64,000 nt of DNA from an uncultured virus (IMG/VR IMGVR_UViG_3300023175_001302) (taxonomy: Duplodnaviria; Heunggongvirae; Uroviricota; Caudoviricetes), in the IMG/VR virus record IMGVR_UViG_3300023175_001302. The stretch is one strand, 5' to 3'. This document shows positions 39,508 to 48,701 of this stretch, in pieces (the stretch's first letter is position 1; the number at the start of each line of letters is the position of its first letter). The notes under the pieces are model-generated. The model saw nothing but the letters and a program-made list of their open reading frames with translations. It was not told the origin of the DNA and searched no databases. The position numbers and the translations under genes were made by a program.

Positions 39508-40846
39508 AGTTTGCTGCGCTAAACTCTAATCTATCTACAATTTTCATAGCACGACCAACATGGTCCACAATTACAAATCCTTCTGGATCTGTAACTTTAA
39601 ATGAACCGTCTGGTTGCTCTATAAAACTATCAATTGCTTTGATGTCACGCATTTTACGTTGGAACATCATTTTTACGGCTTCTGTTTTCAGATAAGCACG
39701 ATACATATTAGCAATAACACCTTTGTTCTGTTCAATATACTGAGAAACTTCAGATTTTGCTACTAGTTTCGCTTGTCCTGCTTTACCTTCAGGTCCAGTT
39801 TTTAGCTTTGATATATCAGTATCAAATTTATCTTCTAATTTTTGTATAAAGTCAGATACAAATCTGTCTGCGTCTGCTTGTAGTGCTTGTCCGGACCTAA
39901 TAGGTGCGTTGGCGTGCGATTTCAGTGCTGTGATCAAATCTACACCGCCTACTTTTTTGTTAATAACATCAAATGCTTTCACATCTACATTCATAGATGC
40001 TAATTCTTTAATGGCTGCTCTGATTACTGCGCTATCTGATTTATCTAACTGTACTTGACCAGATACATCTTTAATTCTAGCATCTGTAAACCATACATTT
40101 GGAGATTTACGCAATGAACTTGCGTCAAAACCAAACTTTGCGCTCATATCTTCAATAGAGTCACCTTCATAGCTTGTATGGAATACAATACCTATTTCTG
40201 CTGCTAACATTTCACGTGCTGTTTCACTATCAGCGGGTACAACGTATGTAATTGTATTTGGTTTGAATGCTAAATGCTTTTTGCCGTCAATATTAACAGT
40301 TTTTAAATCACTTTTAGTAAACAATAGATCACCTTGTAGTACACCTTTAATACCTAAGTCTTTAAGATGTTCTAATGATGAAGAAAGTTTATCACGTAAT
40401 CCTTGTTTACTAACTGCTTCACCTTTATTCGTTGTATCTGGATGATTTGTCTGAATATCTTCAGGTGATTTGTTAAGTTTCGCATTTTTAGCGAATACAC
40501 CTTTTGTACCTACAAAGAATTTACCATCTGCAGGATCAATACCACAGAATACAGCGGGCGAACCGTCCCATTTTGTAGTTACAGCATCGCCTCCACCAGC
40601 GCCATCAAGTGTATCTAGTAATTTAGAAAATGTACCTACTACACGCTTTATTCCTTCATCGCCATACATAAAAACAAGTTCTTCAGCATGGTCAAGGTGT
40701 GTGTTTTTTGCTTCTGTTACTTCTTGTGTGGCGTCTAAAAGACCTTTCATACGCTGATGAAAACCTTTTTGTTTTAGGCGTGGTTTACGAGGGCCTCTAA
40801 ATCTACGCTCTCTGCCTTTACCTAATATAATCTCACTAATCTTCAT
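39491..40846 (-). CDS. Ligase-fold (covalent nucleotidyltransferase-like) protein
   Basis: TTKWDG (motif I, KxDG), LQGDLL (III), PEGFVI (IV) and MKIV (V) in the canonical order. Confidence 0.6.
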   Translation of the reverse strand: MKISEIILGKGRERRFRGPRKPRLKQKGFHQRMKGLLDATQEVTEAKNTHLDHAEELVFMYGDEGIKRVVGTFSKLLDTLDGAGGGDAVTTKWDGSPAVFCGIDPADGKFFVGTKGVFAKNAKLNKSPEDIQTNHPDTTNKGEAVSKQGLRDKLSSSLEHLKDLGIKGVLQGDLLFTKSDLKTVNIDGKKHLAFKPNTITYVVPADSETAREMLAAEIGIVFHTSYEGDSIEDMSAKFGFDASSLRKSPNVWFTDARIKDVSGQVQLDKSDSAVIRAAIKELASMNVDVKAFDVINKKVGGVDLITALKSHANAPIRSGQALQADADRFVSDFIQKLEDKFDTDISKLKTGPEGKAGQAKLVAKSEVSQYIEQNKGVIANMYRAYLKTEAVKMMFQRKMRDIKAIDSFIEQPDGSFKVTDPEGFVIVDHVGRAMKIVDRLEFSAANFAPRD

Positions 40847-41070
40847 TTACTCTTCCCAAAAGGATCCTCACCAGTTAATGTTGGTCGTGAGAACCATAAT
40901 TTAAACCATTCAGGAGTACCAGGTTGAATATTATGCTTACGCTGATATTCACCTTTTTCCGTGCCAGTATGAGATTGATTTTCTTGGGATGTAGAAGGGT
41001 CATCAACCTTATAAGGTTGATAAATTCCTGCTAATACTTTTAACTGTTTAAGCTGCTGTTCAAAATCCAT
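40843..41070 (-). CDS. Hypothetical protein
   Basis: ORF containing NIQPGTPEWFKLWF. Confidence 0.65.
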   Translation of the reverse strand: MDFEQQLKQLKVLAGIYQPYKVDDPSTSQENQSHTGTEKGEYQRKHNIQPGTPEWFKLWFSRPTLTGEDPFGKSK

Positions 41071-41306
41071 TAATCATCAACACTGTTCATGCCTCTCTTA
41101 AATTTACGAGGGTCTTTAGCACGGATACTATTCACCAAACGCTTTTTTAAGTCGGCTGCAGTGTCTTCATCAAAATTACTTTCGATAAATTCTATTAAAT
41201 TGATTGCACCTGCAATAATATGTTCACCCTTTTGTTCAACTAAACGTTTATTATCTCTGTCATAAGATATTGAGTTTAGTTCTTCAAATAAACTTTTACG
41301 TTTCAT
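41070..41306 (-). CDS. Hypothetical protein
   Basis: ORF after the late promoter at 41328-41335. Confidence 0.65.
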   Translation of the reverse strand: MKRKSLFEELNSISYDRDNKRLVEQKGEHIIAGAINLIEFIESNFDEDTAADLKKRLVNSIRAKDPRKFKRGMNSVDD

Positions 41307-41333
41307 GCGATAAATCTCCGTTATCTGTATTTA

Positions 41334-42746
41334 TCACGTTTCGTCAAAAGCGGAGCGACTTTTAGTTTTAAGCATTGCTCTTAATGATGAAGCAGCATCA
41401 GTTTTTTCAAAAACTGGTTCATCATCTTCTTGTTTTTTAGTTATTGTCGTCTTTTTTCGTAGCGTGTCTACTACATTCAAAGTATTTGATATTTGATCTC
41501 CATCATCAAATCCTTCACTAGTATCATCTGAGATACGTAGACTATCCCTATCAAATACAAGATTGATTTTACTACCAACACCACTAGATGAACGAGTTTT
41601 TAGAAGTTGAAGTTGATATTGACCACGTTCACGCATAGCATTTGATGTAAAGATACCAATAACGTTATCTGCTGTTTGAATTTTAGAGATACCACCTGCG
41701 ATATGTGAGTGATCGAATTCAATTTCTTCGACCGCCGAACGGTTCAACTGTGATGCTGTTACAGTTACACACTGTGTTTCCATTGAAAAGTTTCTAACTT
41801 CTTCAGTTACATATTTGTCTTTGATAAACAGATCGCCTGCTGCTACTTTTTTAGTTGCTGGCATAAGCAAATCCAAATAGTCGATACAAATACAATCAAT
41901 TTTCTTGCCAGTCTGAATTTGAAGTTCTTTCAAGTAAGAACGTAGATCATTGACTGTTGATCCAGATGGGAGATATTTGATGCGTAGCATACCAGACTTT
42001 TTGCCCTTCGCCTTGACTTCTAGTTCAACATCATCTAGTTCTTTGAAAATGCGTTTTGTACTGCGATCCGTCTGCATAGCATACATACGCATACTTGAAA
42101 GTTCTTCACTAAGTTCGAGTGTAAAGTAGACACAATTCATCCCAGCCTCGGCCCAGTTCAGACTCATATTTTGCATGAATAGGGATTTGCCTGCCCCAGA
42201 ACCACCTGCGAAAATCGTAATCTCCCCACGATTTATGCCACCATACAACTTATCATCAAGAGCTTTCCAACCAGTCGTAATCTGACCGTTGTTATCTTTC
42301 ATGCGCTCCAGAACACCTCTTGGATCTGCATAATAATCAGTACCCAAAGAACGTGCTAGTCCAGTCTGAACCGCCTCTTTAATTCTAAGTTCTACTTCAC
42401 CATATTTTCCAGACTCTAATAAATCAGCACTATCGATAATAGCCTTCTCAATAGCCTTGTGTCTGCAAAATGTCTCGAATTCGTCTACAAACCAGTCTTC
42501 GTGCTGGGAGATGTTGTCCAACTTCTCTATACTGTGGCCTGTCTCTGCTTTAATCATAACAGTATCAGGTAGAGTCGAATACTCCTCACTGTAATCTACA
42601 AGTTGCTTAACCACAGGACGGATTCCGCGGTCGAAATATTCAGGTTTGATAATACCCCGAACCCTTGTATAGAGTTCGGGGTTTGTAACCATGAATTGTA
42701 CGAATAGTGTTTGTAAATCGAGGCTATAATTTTTTACTTCTGACAT
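41334..42746 (-). CDS. Replicative DnaB-like helicase (T4 gp41-like)
   Basis: GGSGAGKS, FTLELSE, IDYLDL, TASQLNR and LLKTRSS. Confidence 0.92.
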   Translation of the reverse strand: MSEVKNYSLDLQTLFVQFMVTNPELYTRVRGIIKPEYFDRGIRPVVKQLVDYSEEYSTLPDTVMIKAETGHSIEKLDNISQHEDWFVDEFETFCRHKAIEKAIIDSADLLESGKYGEVELRIKEAVQTGLARSLGTDYYADPRGVLERMKDNNGQITTGWKALDDKLYGGINRGEITIFAGGSGAGKSLFMQNMSLNWAEAGMNCVYFTLELSEELSSMRMYAMQTDRSTKRIFKELDDVELEVKAKGKKSGMLRIKYLPSGSTVNDLRSYLKELQIQTGKKIDCICIDYLDLLMPATKKVAAGDLFIKDKYVTEEVRNFSMETQCVTVTASQLNRSAVEEIEFDHSHIAGGISKIQTADNVIGIFTSNAMRERGQYQLQLLKTRSSSGVGSKINLVFDRDSLRISDDTSEGFDDGDQISNTLNVVDTLRKKTTITKKQEDDEPVFEKTDAASSLRAMLKTKSRSAFDET

Positions 42747-42781
42747 TCTTCTACTATATCAAAAAGGGTTGCGTTTGTCAA

Positions 42782-43480
42782 CTAGTAAGTTTGAATGATG
42801 TGGTCTGCGATACCATGCTTAACTGTCTCTTCGGGAGTTAACCACATATCACTTTCTGGTAGCAAGTATTTGCGAATATATGCTTCACTCTTACCTGTAC
42901 ATTTCTTATAATGGTCTAACATACGTTCTGTTGATAGTTCAAACTCTTTTACAATAGACATTAGTTCGTGTTCTTTACCACGTGAACCCCAAGAATATTG
43001 GTGTGACATTACGCTTGTGTTTTGTGTGATATAACGATGCCCTTTTTCACCAGACATCATTAGTAGTACACCACATGATGCAATCATACCCATACCATAT
43101 GTATGTACTGGTATTTTACTTTGTTTAATTGTATCAATTAAATGTAACGCACTGTTTACTGCACCTCCCGGTGAGTTAATATACAGATGAATTACTTCTG
43201 GGCGCTGCCCCTCAGGTGACATATTGTATTCCATAATTGCTCTCACTAGTGGCATACAGTTTTCCTGATTGAATTCTTTGTCCATGAATAGTACGCCGTT
43301 CTCCCATAAAATCTCACCTGGCTTTTTAGGTTGAGGCGGCATTTGTGGAGCCGGAGGAGGGGGAGGAGGAGCAGGTTGTTCCTTTGGAGCAGGGATGATT
43401 GTTACTTCCTCTTCCGGCTTTTTAGTTTTTGCCGGTGCCTTCTTTGCCGGTGCTTTCTTTTTTTCTGGTTTTTTTGCCAT
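42782..43480 (-). CDS. clpP: Clp protease proteolytic subunit ClpP
   Basis: LYINSPGG, catalytic Ser in IASCG, His in MSHQ and Asp in SDMWL; Pro/Lys-rich N-terminal extension. Confidence 0.88.
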   Translation of the reverse strand: MAKKPEKKKAPAKKAPAKTKKPEEEVTIIPAPKEQPAPPPPPPAPQMPPQPKKPGEILWENGVLFMDKEFNQENCMPLVRAIMEYNMSPEGQRPEVIHLYINSPGGAVNSALHLIDTIKQSKIPVHTYGMGMIASCGVLLMMSGEKGHRYITQNTSVMSHQYSWGSRGKEHELMSIVKEFELSTERMLDHYKKCTGKSEAYIRKYLLPESDMWLTPEETVKHGIADHIIQTY

Positions 43481-43490
43481 TTAGTTTTCC

Positions 43491-44489
43491 TTATCCTAAT
43501 CGCATTCGTACATTTATTTTTGTACTATTACTTATTCTGCCATCAATTATACTTTTTAGTGTATATAATTTACCATATTTATTAACCGCATCTGCTGCGT
43601 CTTTTATATCGTCTTCCCAATTTGGAAATGATACACTCCATCCATTTTCTATTGCTTGTTTAATAAGGCGCTCACCTGCTTTGTCTCTGTCTGGAGAAAC
43701 TATAACTTCTCCTTGAAACTGATTGATATAATCAATCTGAGCAGGTGAGGCCTCGTTACTCATTACACCTACACCGTCTAAACAAGCAGCGTCTATAACT
43801 CCCTCAGTGACAATGAGATACCGTTTATTTCTCTTTACAGCATCAACATTGTATAAAAAGTTCTTGGGCGACTTGTTCATATACTTAGCCTCAGACTTTC
43901 CCGTGAAGTCTCTACCTGTGTAACCAACTATTCTGTCACCTTGCCAAAACGGTATAATAACTCGGTTTCTAAAGACAGCGTGTGGCGACCAGTATGCGTC
44001 AATATAATCGTAGATGCCTCTATCTATTAAATACTTCGCACCCATAATAACACGTTCATCGGGCGCATCTGTATTTAGAATATTATCTAAACTGTCTGCT
44101 CCTTCAGGTAGTTCACAGTCTGTAAAAGTTGGAACACGTGTTGGTTGCGTCTTATTTATAAAAAGTGTAGGACCATCTACTAACTCTTTATCTCTGATTG
44201 CATCAAGTTGAAGTCGTTTGATATCACTTTCTGGTATACCAAGATTACGCATTAGCAGCAACATCTTTTTATTCAACACTCTACCACGTTTATGTGAAGC
44301 CTTGAACCCACAATTAAAGCAGTGATATGAGATACTTTCATCATCGTGTCTGATACCACCACGCATACGTGTGTCATTACGTGCTTCACCATTATCAACA
44401 CAACAAGGGCAGTTGAACGAAAGCCAACCGCCACTTGCCATTCTACGTTGATGTGGAAGTGCATTATATAAAGATTGTTGTAGATCCAT
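43491..44489 (-). CDS. DNA primase (T4 gp61-like)
   Basis: Zn finger CPCC...YHCFNCG, RVIIPF, GYTGR and TOPRIM VTEGVID...PDRDKAG...KDAAD. Confidence 0.9.
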   Translation of the reverse strand: MDLQQSLYNALPHQRRMASGGWLSFNCPCCVDNGEARNDTRMRGGIRHDDESISYHCFNCGFKASHKRGRVLNKKMLLLMRNLGIPESDIKRLQLDAIRDKELVDGPTLFINKTQPTRVPTFTDCELPEGADSLDNILNTDAPDERVIMGAKYLIDRGIYDYIDAYWSPHAVFRNRVIIPFWQGDRIVGYTGRDFTGKSEAKYMNKSPKNFLYNVDAVKRNKRYLIVTEGVIDAACLDGVGVMSNEASPAQIDYINQFQGEVIVSPDRDKAGERLIKQAIENGWSVSFPNWEDDIKDAADAVNKYGKLYTLKSIIDGRISNSTKINVRMRLG

Positions 44490-44527
44490 AGTTATAATAT
44501 ATCAGTTTTATGAACGGTTGTCAATCT

Positions 44528-45121
44528 CTATGCTACGTCTTTATCTGCATATTCTGAATATTGATTAAAAACATACGACCAAAGTTCACTAATATTTTTT
44601 ACATCATTTGATAGTTTACCGTAAACAGCACCAAAACCTATAGAAGATGCATCAGATTTTATTATATCATCTTTTACAAAGCAATCTTTCATCATATTTT
44701 CAACATGCTTGATTACTTTTTGCGTTGATAGATTTTGTATGATTGTCGCTTTCCATTTGCGACCTGCATACTTACCCGACTGAATACGAACTTTAGGGTC
44801 CCGAGTGATACAAATGTATCCCAATTCTGTCAAAACTTGAATCCATTGTTCATACTCTGTACGAACAATATTTTTATCTACGACACCAAGTTCAACATAC
44901 TCTACATCCCAATCTTCTTTTTTTGTACTTGATATTACACGTAAAAAAGAAGTTGTCGCTGCACATTGTCCTGCGTCCTTACCGGATAAGGCGTAAGATG
45001 CTTTTGAAAAAGCATTTACCACATTGACGTTTACTTCTGGATTTTCTTGTTTAGTGTTCCAAATGTGAAAGAGTTTCAGTTTTTCATTTTTAAATATAGC
45101 AAACGTAGTTTTCTGTTCCAT
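44528..45121 (-). CDS. Hypothetical early protein
   Basis: Follows the GANTC-type promoter at 45153-45181. Confidence 0.7.
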   Translation of the reverse strand: MEQKTTFAIFKNEKLKLFHIWNTKQENPEVNVNVVNAFSKASYALSGKDAGQCAATTSFLRVISSTKKEDWDVEYVELGVVDKNIVRTEYEQWIQVLTELGYICITRDPKVRIQSGKYAGRKWKATIIQNLSTQKVIKHVENMMKDCFVKDDIIKSDASSIGFGAVYGKLSNDVKNISELWSYVFNQYSEYADKDVA

Positions 45122-45152
45122 TTGCGTAAACCTTTCCTTTGATTACATATAT

Positions 45153-45181
45153 AATATAGTGTGATTCGCTATATCTGTCAA
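45153..45181 (-). promoter_or_regulatory. sigma70-type promoter with internal GANTC
   Basis: TTGACA-gatatagCGAATCAcac-TATATT. Confidence 0.75.
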
Positions 45182-46065
45182 GAAAAATCGAAAATATCTT
45201 CTTCTACATCATCTACCATATCTTTAATACGGCGTTCACTGATATCAATATATTCTTGTGTCAAGTCCATACCGATATACGAGTGACCTAAACGTAGTGC
45301 CGCAATACCAGTACTACCACTACCATTAAACGGATCAAGAACTACCGAGTTTGGTCCAGGTGCGTATACATTAATCAACCAACGCATCAAGTCAATAGGC
45401 TTTGGTGTAGGATGTGTATTATATTCACCACGCTCTTTACGTGTGACACGAGGAGCATAGAAATACTTTTGATGTTCTGCTATGTCAAAGTGTCCTACTA
45501 TATTGCTTGGATAACGACCATCTGGATTTGCGTTTACACGCTCAGTTTCTTGTTCTGTTGACTTAGTAACATCACTACCGAATGCTCTGCGTTTGGCACC
45601 ACCGCTTACCCAACCAGTCGGTGGCTTGCCCTCCCAAGGAACACGATTATCATCAATATTGATTGTACCTGTTCCCCAACGTTCTATATTCGCTTTAATT
45701 GTTTTCTCACTAATAGGCTTTTGTGCTACAGCAATAGGTTCGTGTGCTGGCTTTAGTTTATTTGCTTTAGCCATCTTAGTTGTAATCATCCATATAACTT
45801 GGTCTTTAATATCAAAACCACCGTCTTCCATTTTACACGCCATACGATGATACAACTCAGGTGAACAAAAACTTAATGCCCATCCACCGGGTTTAAGAAC
45901 ACGTAACACTTCTTCCCAAGTAGTATCAGGCGGGACATCTTTATCCCACCCAACACCTGCGATATCCATACCATACGGAGGATCAGTTACAACTAAATCA
46001 ACTGAGTTTTCTTTGATGTCTTTTAGTAGTTCGACATTATCTCCGCATAGTAAGTTATAGTTCAT
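45178..46065 (-). CDS. Beta-class N6-A/N4-C DNA methyltransferase
   Basis: VTDPPY near the N-terminus; HPTPKP and VLDPFNGSGSTG near the C-terminus. Confidence 0.92.
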   Translation of the reverse strand: MNYNLLCGDNVELLKDIKENSVDLVVTDPPYGMDIAGVGWDKDVPPDTTWEEVLRVLKPGGWALSFCSPELYHRMACKMEDGGFDIKDQVIWMITTKMAKANKLKPAHEPIAVAQKPISEKTIKANIERWGTGTINIDDNRVPWEGKPPTGWVSGGAKRRAFGSDVTKSTEQETERVNANPDGRYPSNIVGHFDIAEHQKYFYAPRVTRKERGEYNTHPTPKPIDLMRWLINVYAPGPNSVVLDPFNGSGSTGIAALRLGHSYIGMDLTQEYIDISERRIKDMVDDVEEDIFDFS

Positions 46066-46649
46066 TAATATTCTCGCTCTAATACGTTATGTTCACACAT
46101 GGCGCGGTCTTCATGTGTAAAGTAATTTGTCTTTACTGCACCACCGCTCTGAGTATACATTGCCCGCATGTAAAAGTCAAATCCTCTTTTGTCTTCTGAC
46201 CACTCTGGTAATTGACGCATTTCTGCTAATACTGCTTCATACTTTTCAAGTAAAGTTTCATACATCTTACGCTTTGATGGAGAAACAACATCATCTGCAT
46301 TAAAGACGGTTGTTGCGTTATATTTTGCTGAACTGAAAACATAAATCACATCGGGCTTAGGTAGCCCACCATTGTACACGGGATAATGACCCTTGCTCGA
46401 CTTACACTCCACGCTATAACGATTGCCGTTATAATAAACATAAAAATCAGGTGAGTTCTGAATACCATTGGGCTGTGACTCGTATTCCAAGCCGTGCTTC
46501 TTCAACAGTTCTTCAACTTGGTTTTCATGTTCTGGGTTATCTTGTGAATTTGATTTGTATGGAAGTTCTAAGCAGTCGGCAAAAAACTTATTCAATGGTC
46601 CGTCATTTTTAAGTGTAACGGCATTCACTTCAAATAGTGGTTTATTCAT
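46065..46649 (-). CDS. Putative type II restriction endonuclease-like PD-(D/E)XK protein
   Basis: QPNGIQNSPDF...SVECKS; translationally coupled to the methyltransferase. Confidence 0.65.
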   Translation of the reverse strand: MNKPLFEVNAVTLKNDGPLNKFFADCLELPYKSNSQDNPEHENQVEELLKKHGLEYESQPNGIQNSPDFYVYYNGNRYSVECKSSKGHYPVYNGGLPKPDVIYVFSSAKYNATTVFNADDVVSPSKRKMYETLLEKYEAVLAEMRQLPEWSEDKRGFDFYMRAMYTQSGGAVKTNYFTHEDRAMCEHNVLEREY

Positions 46650-46754
46650 GTTTTATCCTTTATCTGAGCATTTATCGTTCTGACAACTCATTTGTAGAAT
46701 CAACTTGCTCTTTGATTATTGATATATATAGATTACTATATTATCAAATAAATG

Positions 46755-47039
46755 TCAAGAATTTACTTGATATGTTTCACTCCAAATTTTGATGTCTTTT
46801 TCGTATTGTTTCTGACAAAAGTTTTTCTGACGTTTCCAATAATTCATCTTACGCTCACAGATGTCTAACTCTTTAGATGCACGATGTTTCTCTACAATAT
46901 CATCACTTTTCATCAGGATGAATTTTAAGAAGAAATAGTTTTCTAAGTGCTTACAAATCATATGATTAGCATTATAGTCTTCTGCGTAAAAAGGTTTCGT
47001 TGAACGACGAACTTCGTTATCTTGATAGCATAGAATCAT
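46755..47039 (-). CDS. Hypothetical early protein
   Basis: Follows the promoter at 47069-47096. Confidence 0.65.
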   Translation of the reverse strand: MILCYQDNEVRRSTKPFYAEDYNANHMICKHLENYFFLKFILMKSDDIVEKHRASKELDICERKMNYWKRQKNFCQKQYEKDIKIWSETYQVNS

Positions 47040-47068
47040 AACATTATCCTCATTTTTGATTACATATT

Positions 47069-47096
47069 AACATAACACGATTCTCTAATGTGTCAA
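47069..47096 (-). promoter_or_regulatory. sigma70-type promoter with internal GANTC
   Basis: TTGACA-cattagAGAATCGtgt-TATGTT. Confidence 0.65.
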
Positions 47097-47401
47097 GACA
47101 TTTCATACCAATTATCTTCACGTTGCATCATTTGTTCGTAGAATTTTTTATGTGCTTTAATATAGTCAGGTTGATTCATACGCTCATTTACAAAGTCACG
47201 TTTCATGAATTCATCACTCATTACATATTCATTGAACAGTTTTGAATACAGTTTTTCGCTGTATGCATCTACATTAAATGCATACTCTCCCCACACACAC
47301 TGTGCGTCATAGTATTCTTGTAGTGTTAAAATTTGTGAAGTGTGAAGTGATGTAAGAGCAGGTTCAGTTACGATGTAAGCAGGTTTTTGATTGTCTAGCA
47401 T
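47093..47401 (-). CDS. Hypothetical early protein
   Basis: Follows the promoter at 47433-47460. Confidence 0.65.
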   Translation of the reverse strand: MLDNQKPAYIVTEPALTSLHTSQILTLQEYYDAQCVWGEYAFNVDAYSEKLYSKLFNEYVMSDEFMKRDFVNERMNQPDYIKAHKKFYEQMMQREDNWYEMS

Positions 47402-47432
47402 TTTTGTTATCCTTATTAATGATTACATAATA

Positions 47433-47460
47433 AAGATAACACGATTCGCTATATTGTCAA
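47433..47460 (-). promoter_or_regulatory. sigma70-type promoter with internal GANTC
   Basis: TTGACA-atatagCGAATCGtgt-TATCTT. Confidence 0.7.
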
Positions 47461-47462
47461 GT

Positions 47463-48263
47463 TTAGTTGCGTAGTAGTATTTTTGAAATTGATCCACTAG
47501 TTGCTGTGTATGTAATTCTAATCCAGTTAACGTTAGCACGTACCACATAACCCTGAACACCTGTTTCATTGTTAACAATAATATTTGGATCATATAGTAA
47601 AGCAGGTGTTAAATCAAACCAGTCATTATCATTAGTAGACGGCTGAACTGACAAATCACCTTGAATGTTAACTGTACCTGTAAAGCCATCATAGTATATA
47701 GCAACAGTGTGTAGTGACTTGGACTTTACTGTATTACCAGAGCCGTCAAATGTTGTTGTCACAAACTTACTACCATCATTAAAGAATGTAGTTGTTTCTT
47801 GTGAGTCTTCAAACTCTGGATATACATCATCGATAACTTCAATTGTACCTTTTGCGTTATCATATGTATCAGTGTAAATGATTTGTTCCACACCATCTTC
47901 GACAGTGTACATAGCAAATTGATAGAAACCTTCTGGCAGCATAATTGTATCAGCAGTTGGAATAGTTAGGGAACACTGACCACGTAATGCGTTTGTTATA
48001 TCTGCATATCTGAATAAGACATTTTCACGACTTTCTCTATCATACATTTTCCAGATGATTGTTTTATTTGTTAGATCGATAGGCTTTCTATCAGTATCTT
48101 TAATTTTAAATCTAAGAGTATTATCTATACCCTTGTGTAATTTGTGATGTCCGTCATACATTGGCATATTCCCCAGGTAAGTGTTCATAGTAGTGGTACC
48201 GTTCCCGTCCTGACACACTACTTCTATTTCTCTGCTATATTGAAATACATTTACATTAATCAT
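47463..48263 (-). CDS. Putative virion structural protein (Ig-like/baseplate-associated)
   Basis: Late promoter at 48269-48276; beta-rich sequence KGIDNTLRF.IKD.DRKPIDL. Confidence 0.55.
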   Translation of the reverse strand: MINVNVFQYSREIEVVCQDGNGTTTMNTYLGNMPMYDGHHKLHKGIDNTLRFKIKDTDRKPIDLTNKTIIWKMYDRESRENVLFRYADITNALRGQCSLTIPTADTIMLPEGFYQFAMYTVEDGVEQIIYTDTYDNAKGTIEVIDDVYPEFEDSQETTTFFNDGSKFVTTTFDGSGNTVKSKSLHTVAIYYDGFTGTVNIQGDLSVQPSTNDNDWFDLTPALLYDPNIIVNNETGVQGYVVRANVNWIRITYTATSGSISKILLRN

Positions 48264-48314
48264 ACATGTATTTATCTCCCAGAAGCTACTTTTTTATTAA
48301 GCATAAATATCTTT

Positions 48315-48701
48315 ATGGATAAAGACAAAGTAGAATGGATACAAGAGAATTACCCTTTTTTCTCTTGCGTCCGCTATGGTAAAAAAGAATATAAAGATTA
48401 TCTTGGTATTGTAATCAACACCGATCAAATTATTACCTCTATGTATAATTTTGAAGATATTCCTACACCTGAACTTAGAAAATCTTTTATCGAATTAGGT
48501 GAACAATGGTGGTGGGAGTCTAATAGACTAATACCAATTAATCTATTTTTAGGATCACAGATTAGTGAATACCGAAATTGGATTTTAAATATGAATTCTA
48601 AAGATGTTCAGATATTATGGGGACCTGAAACATCACTAAACAATATAATGCAGAAGCGTATTAAACGCCGTTCTGTTCAACTTGTTCGCAAAATAGATTA
48701 A
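48315..48701 (+). CDS. Hypothetical protein
   Basis: Start reassigned to MDKDKVEWIQENYPFF, after a divergent ATAAATA motif. Confidence 0.65.
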   Translation: MDKDKVEWIQENYPFFSCVRYGKKEYKDYLGIVINTDQIITSMYNFEDIPTPELRKSFIELGEQWWWESNRLIPINLFLGSQISEYRNWILNMNSKDVQILWGPETSLNNIMQKRIKRRSVQLVRKID

